A stretch of DNA of 64,000 nt from Oligoflexales bacterium. Lineage in GTDB: Bacteria > Bdellovibrionota_B > Oligoflexia > Oligoflexales > RGVZ01. Below the pieces are notes generated by a model. That model did no database searches. It saw only the letters and a program-made list of their open reading frames with translations, and was not told the origin of the DNA. The stretch is from positions 32,401 through 96,400 of the forward strand of contig CANJZQ010000005.1 in assembly GCA_947479535.1 (NCBI GenBank), given 5' to 3'. Made by a program: the position numbers and the translations under genes. How positions within the stretch are numbered: position 1 is the stretch's first letter; each line of letters starts with the position of its first letter. Below, one piece after another: positions 60,122 to 64,000 of this stretch.

Positions 60122-61801
60122 CTACCAGTTGATGACAATCCCCAAGCCAGCGTATGCAGACCTCAACTGAATCGCAGATACAGCAGCTTCCCCTGGTGCG
60201 AGGTCACTCTGGTTGAGGTCATTAATTTGGAAATTTTCGTACGAAGTAAAACCAAGGATATTTAGTGTGTAGTCGATCCCGAAAGTCCGAAAGTTTAAAC
60301 CTGAATTGACAAATAAGTCGGCCCCCACCCTTTCAGCCGACACCGCGCTCGTGCCCAGTACCGGAAGGAAGTTGATCGCCCGGTCGAGGGCATACCAAAC
60401 ACGTCCCGTGTAATACTTCGCAATGCGTTCAGCAGACACTTCGACCGAGAAACTCGGCTGATCCCTCACTTCGAATTTTTGGGTGGAGGTGACCGCCCCT
60501 GCATCGTCAAATTCAATGGGCTGTGTGGAAGATAAATAGTACCGACCCAACTTTGGCGTAATTTCAATTCTGTTTATAAAAACGGGCGCCTTGAAGGAAA
60601 ACGATTTGCCCAAGACGAATTTCGTCCAATCCAGGTCTAGCGCATTGTCACCTGACAAATAGGTCCTCTTGGGGAACTTGTCGTAATAGAACTTCAAACC
60701 ATTGAGTGGTCCAGATCCGATTTCGACCAGGAGCCCATACATCGCTGCATTCTCGAGGAGTTTGTCGCCTTTCAATAGTTGCCTGCCATAACGCAAGCCA
60801 ACATAACCAGATGCCGCCGTCTGAAACAGGAGGTCTGAAATAGAGTCATAGCCCTTTGAAAAAAATCGATTTAGTAGCCCGGAACGTGCCGCATCAAGCA
60901 GGCGCTCGTGGGCTCCGTTGATGGCAGCGGCCATTTTTTTCTCCTGGGATCTGGGGCCATCAGGAGAATGAATCCAGACTCGTGGGCCTTGGTCGAAGTT
61001 ATTCTTGAATTTTTGATCCAATGAATACCTTGCAGAGGGCACAGTAATCGTACGCTTGGTTGGGCCGCTTCCCGACTTAACCCTCGCCGTTTCCACCTTG
61101 ATCAGTTTTCCTTCGCCGAGATGGGTTGCAAACAGGCGCCCCGACTCTTTGTCGCGTTCGAGCCTGTAGAAAACAATTTTTTGCAGGGGATCAATTTGCT
61201 GAAATTTTCTCGTCTGGAATCTTTGCTCGTTGTACATTGGAATGCGTAATTCCCCCTCTGCGAGGGAAACGTTTGATGGGGCCAGATGGCCGAACGCGGG
61301 GCTGCCATCAAGCAGCGCGTAAGCGATCAGACTTGCAAATTCCTGGTCCGCAAGAAATTCTGACGACCATTCAGTGAAGGGCATGCTAAATGCCGGACGT
61401 AACTTTTTTTCTGTCCGGCCAGTGGGATTCGTGCCGATCCAAAAACCGATTGAGTTGTCTAATTTTGCAATTTCGACTGTAAGTGTGAAATCTTCCGGCG
61501 TTGACTTTCCAGCCTTCGCCGCAACCTTTTCGCCTAGTTTGCAAATCGTCGAACCAGCAGGGCCGGACCCCCAAAGTCCAGATCCCAACATAAATACATC
61601 GGCCAGGGTTGAGCAGGCTTTCTCCCAACTAGAATTTTTCTTGGGTTGGGCAGCTGGGAGTTCGCCGGAAATATTGATTTCAATCGCCACCGAGGTAATC
61701 GGTGAGAATGGTGCTGCCATAACAGGCCCGGTGATAAAAAAAACTACACAAGCCGCGCCAAAGACGGTTTTTACCAGATAATTTTTAACGGTCGTTTTCA
61801 A
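60122..61801 (-). CDS. Hypothetical exported protein with probable C-terminal beta-barrel
   Basis: Signal peptide; C-terminal amphipathic strands ending AYAGLGIVINW. Confidence 0.65.
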   Translation of the reverse strand: MKTTVKNYLVKTVFGAACVVFFITGPVMAAPFSPITSVAIEINISGELPAAQPKKNSSWEKACSTLADVFMLGSGLWGSGPAGSTICKLGEKVAAKAGKSTPEDFTLTVEIAKLDNSIGFWIGTNPTGRTEKKLRPAFSMPFTEWSSEFLADQEFASLIAYALLDGSPAFGHLAPSNVSLAEGELRIPMYNEQRFQTRKFQQIDPLQKIVFYRLERDKESGRLFATHLGEGKLIKVETARVKSGSGPTKRTITVPSARYSLDQKFKNNFDQGPRVWIHSPDGPRSQEKKMAAAINGAHERLLDAARSGLLNRFFSKGYDSISDLLFQTAASGYVGLRYGRQLLKGDKLLENAAMYGLLVEIGSGPLNGLKFYYDKFPKRTYLSGDNALDLDWTKFVLGKSFSFKAPVFINRIEITPKLGRYYLSSTQPIEFDDAGAVTSTQKFEVRDQPSFSVEVSAERIAKYYTGRVWYALDRAINFLPVLGTSAVSAERVGADLFVNSGLNFRTFGIDYTLNILGFTSYENFQINDLNQSDLAPGEAAVSAIQLRSAYAGLGIVINW

Positions 61802-61808
61802 AATTCGT

Positions 61809-63401
61809 CTACCTGAAGCTATTTATTTTTACTTCTCTTGTGAAAAAGGCACTTGAGTTTCGCCGGACAAACGATGCAACGGACGGATACTTGCGAACGA
61901 AATCGGCGTTCACCTGAAAGAGGCTTTGATCCTGAAAGACATAGATGTTTTTGCCATTTTGGAGGGATCCAGTGACAAGAGACTGAATTTGGTCGACGGA
62001 ATATTTTTTTGCGTTGACCAAGGCGTCAAGCGGCCCCGTGAAGGCAAAGTCCGCGTCAAGGATCTCCCTGAAGCGGTCTGAGTTCGCGTTATTCAGTCCG
62101 CTGCCACCAATCTCTGCAATCACCTCCTGGTCTTTCACAAGAAACGTCCCGGAGGGTTTTAGCGCCCCTGGGGCATTGAACCCGCTTTTCGTAGCCGATC
62201 GCATCATTCCAAGGATGGGGCGAATGAGCCCGGGCTTTGTCGTGGTCAGGATCAGAGGGAATTTGTCTGGGCTGTACCCAGTCGTGCCGGAAATCCAAGG
62301 CCCCGTTACGGGTCGCTCGGTCAAGCTTTCAAGGCCTAACGTCACGCTGGCAGCCTGGGCAAGTGGCGCAAGCGTTCCGATGGAAAATACGCCGGCACCC
62401 GGAATGCTTCGGGTGGTTTGGGCGACCGCAAAGATGACGGACGTATCAAACGAATGAACGATGGCCCCGTTTTTGGATTTCGCGAGGCCAGCCTCGATCA
62501 TGGAGCCAACGGTGGTTTTTCCCTCAAAAGTATCCGGCTCCCCTGTGGGGACAAGGGGTATCGTCAGTCCCTTCGCCGCAGCACTTGGCTTGAATTGTAA
62601 GGCGACTTTGGTTGGTGCAACGTTGGATTTCACGATGACTTTAACGTCGATCACAGACCCTGAAATTGATGTGAAGCTGCCAGCTGTCCAGAGCGTGCTA
62701 CCCGGTGCGGGAAATATGAGCGATGCCGTTGCCATGATTTTTATCTGTGGCTTAGGCGTTGTGAGAGGAGTCGGGATGGGTGTTGGTGCCGGAGTCGCAA
62801 CGGCTGCCAAGGCCTGTTCAATGATCTTGGTGCTCTCTACGGCTTCAACTTTGGTCAAAGTTGTTGTCTTACCTGTCTTGATGTTCTTTTTTACGACCTC
62901 AGTAATGCCTGCCGCACCCGTGCTTTTTGCAGTAACGGACTCACCAGCACTGACGGTAATGGCACCGTTTCCGGTCAGAAGGATAACCGGCCTTGCCTCT
63001 GCTGAACCGAGGGAAACCTGTGTCTGTCCGGCGCGGGTTGCATCGATCAGGATGGTAGGGCTGGACGCAGCATCCTCAAGAGACGCAATGGTGATCCTTG
63101 AGTTGGCCAGGCAGTCGGCAGTCCTGCCCGAATAGAAGTTGATTGCAGCCGAGGAATCTGGACCAGTTACGATCTGATCGCCATCCGAGAGCGGTGTCCC
63201 GGTGCGAACGGGACGGAAATCCAAGTCGCCCGATTTTACCTGCACATTTCCGTCGACCTTCGACAGCCAACCGATCTTTGAGTCTGATTGGAATCCATAA
63301 AAATCAAAGCGCCGGATGGCTGCGATCGATGCCACGAAGGCACCAACGACCATGACCATGGCGATGACGATTTTTGTAAGAAAGCTGAAACGGCCATTCA
63401 T
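61809..63401 (-). CDS. FecR-like domain membrane-anchored protein
   Basis: TM then IGWLSKVDGNVQVK...LSDGDQIVTGPDSSAAINF; Pro/Thr linker. Confidence 0.7.
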   Translation of the reverse strand: MNGRFSFLTKIVIAMVMVVGAFVASIAAIRRFDFYGFQSDSKIGWLSKVDGNVQVKSGDLDFRPVRTGTPLSDGDQIVTGPDSSAAINFYSGRTADCLANSRITIASLEDAASSPTILIDATRAGQTQVSLGSAEARPVILLTGNGAITVSAGESVTAKSTGAAGITEVVKKNIKTGKTTTLTKVEAVESTKIIEQALAAVATPAPTPIPTPLTTPKPQIKIMATASLIFPAPGSTLWTAGSFTSISGSVIDVKVIVKSNVAPTKVALQFKPSAAAKGLTIPLVPTGEPDTFEGKTTVGSMIEAGLAKSKNGAIVHSFDTSVIFAVAQTTRSIPGAGVFSIGTLAPLAQAASVTLGLESLTERPVTGPWISGTTGYSPDKFPLILTTTKPGLIRPILGMMRSATKSGFNAPGALKPSGTFLVKDQEVIAEIGGSGLNNANSDRFREILDADFAFTGPLDALVNAKKYSVDQIQSLVTGSLQNGKNIYVFQDQSLFQVNADFVRKYPSVASFVRRNSSAFFTREVKINSFR

Positions 63402-63537
63402 AAGTTAGCGCGGCTCCCAGGTCATTCGTGACGATGGTGTCATCGGAAGGTGCCGCAATAACTTGATTTTTCATCCCGGACCCTAAAGCCTCTCTGGTTC
63501 TGTCCGATCCCGAATGAGTAGATGGGGGGCAAGATCA

Positions 63538-64000
63538 ATGGCGGGCAGTTCCAAAGTCCCGTTTTTAAAGTCGCTGCGGGCTCGCTTTGCGCTGGTCATT
63601 GCGGCCGTTGCGTCGTTTGCAATCCTTGTCATTTTTCTGGTGTTCAGTTCCCGGTTTGAGACATTCCTGAATAGCGGAATCAAGGAAGAACTAACTGGGA
63701 GTGCCGAGAAGGCGGCGGACGCCGTCGGTGCCACCGTCAAAACGCAAGTCGGTCAATTGACGACCTTTGCAGCGCCTCTCTTGTTGGCAGATCCAGCCAA
63801 ACAGAAAGTCAGTTTTGCCGCGTTTCTTCAGGGCTTTAATGAATTTCTGACCCTTTCCACCCATCGCTTCGATCCGGCTCGGGGAGAAATCCTTTCTAGC
63901 GTGAACAGCGATTTGGCCGATTTTCAGAAGCAGGACGCCCTGTTCCAGGGAGGCGATTCAGCCGCAATGCACGGTGCGATCCTTCAGTTGGAAAGGCGGG
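63538..64000 (+). CDS. Partial membrane sensor protein N-terminus (Cache/HAMP-type signalling protein)
   Basis: MAGSSKVPFLKSLRARFALVIAAVASFAILVIFLVF followed by a periplasmic helix; the frame runs off the window end. Confidence 0.55.
   Translation, partial: MAGSSKVPFLKSLRARFALVIAAVASFAILVIFLVFSSRFETFLNSGIKEELTGSAEKAADAVGATVKTQVGQLTTFAAPLLLADPAKQKVSFAAFLQGFNEFLTLSTHRFDPARGEILSSVNSDLADFQKQDALFQGGDSAAMHGAILQLERR

Overview
A gene-dense, housekeeping-rich chromosomal segment. The gene set suggests Bdellovibrionota/Oligoflexia or a related deltaproteobacteria-like lineage (inference only). It carries the murF 3' end, ddl, lspA, clpC-like, slt, queA, scpAB, cls, recN, class II RNR nrdJ, lpxC, comEC, dnaK, nfeD/stomatin, rny-like, suhB, rpmI-rplT and three tRNAs (Lys-TTT, Glu-TTC, Leu-TAG). 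I see no prophage, IS element, integrase or CRISPR array. The best leads are: (i) a TetR-TPR operon with two apparently catalytically eroded fatty-acid-metabolism folds (FabH/thiolase-like and FadJ/FadB-like), running into lpxC and divergent from a FadL-like outer-membrane protein; (ii) a single-polypeptide LuxE-LuxC-like fusion with no lux genes nearby; (iii) an RNase Y-like gene that has lost its KH GxxG loop, in a probable operon with NfeD/stomatin; (iv) an RluB-like pseudouridine synthase lacking its catalytic Asp; (v) tandem NrdR boxes flanking a perfect DnaA box upstream of nrdJ; (vi) GTCAT-type REP-like repeat clusters. All family assignments come from motif recognition by eye; no database searches were run.
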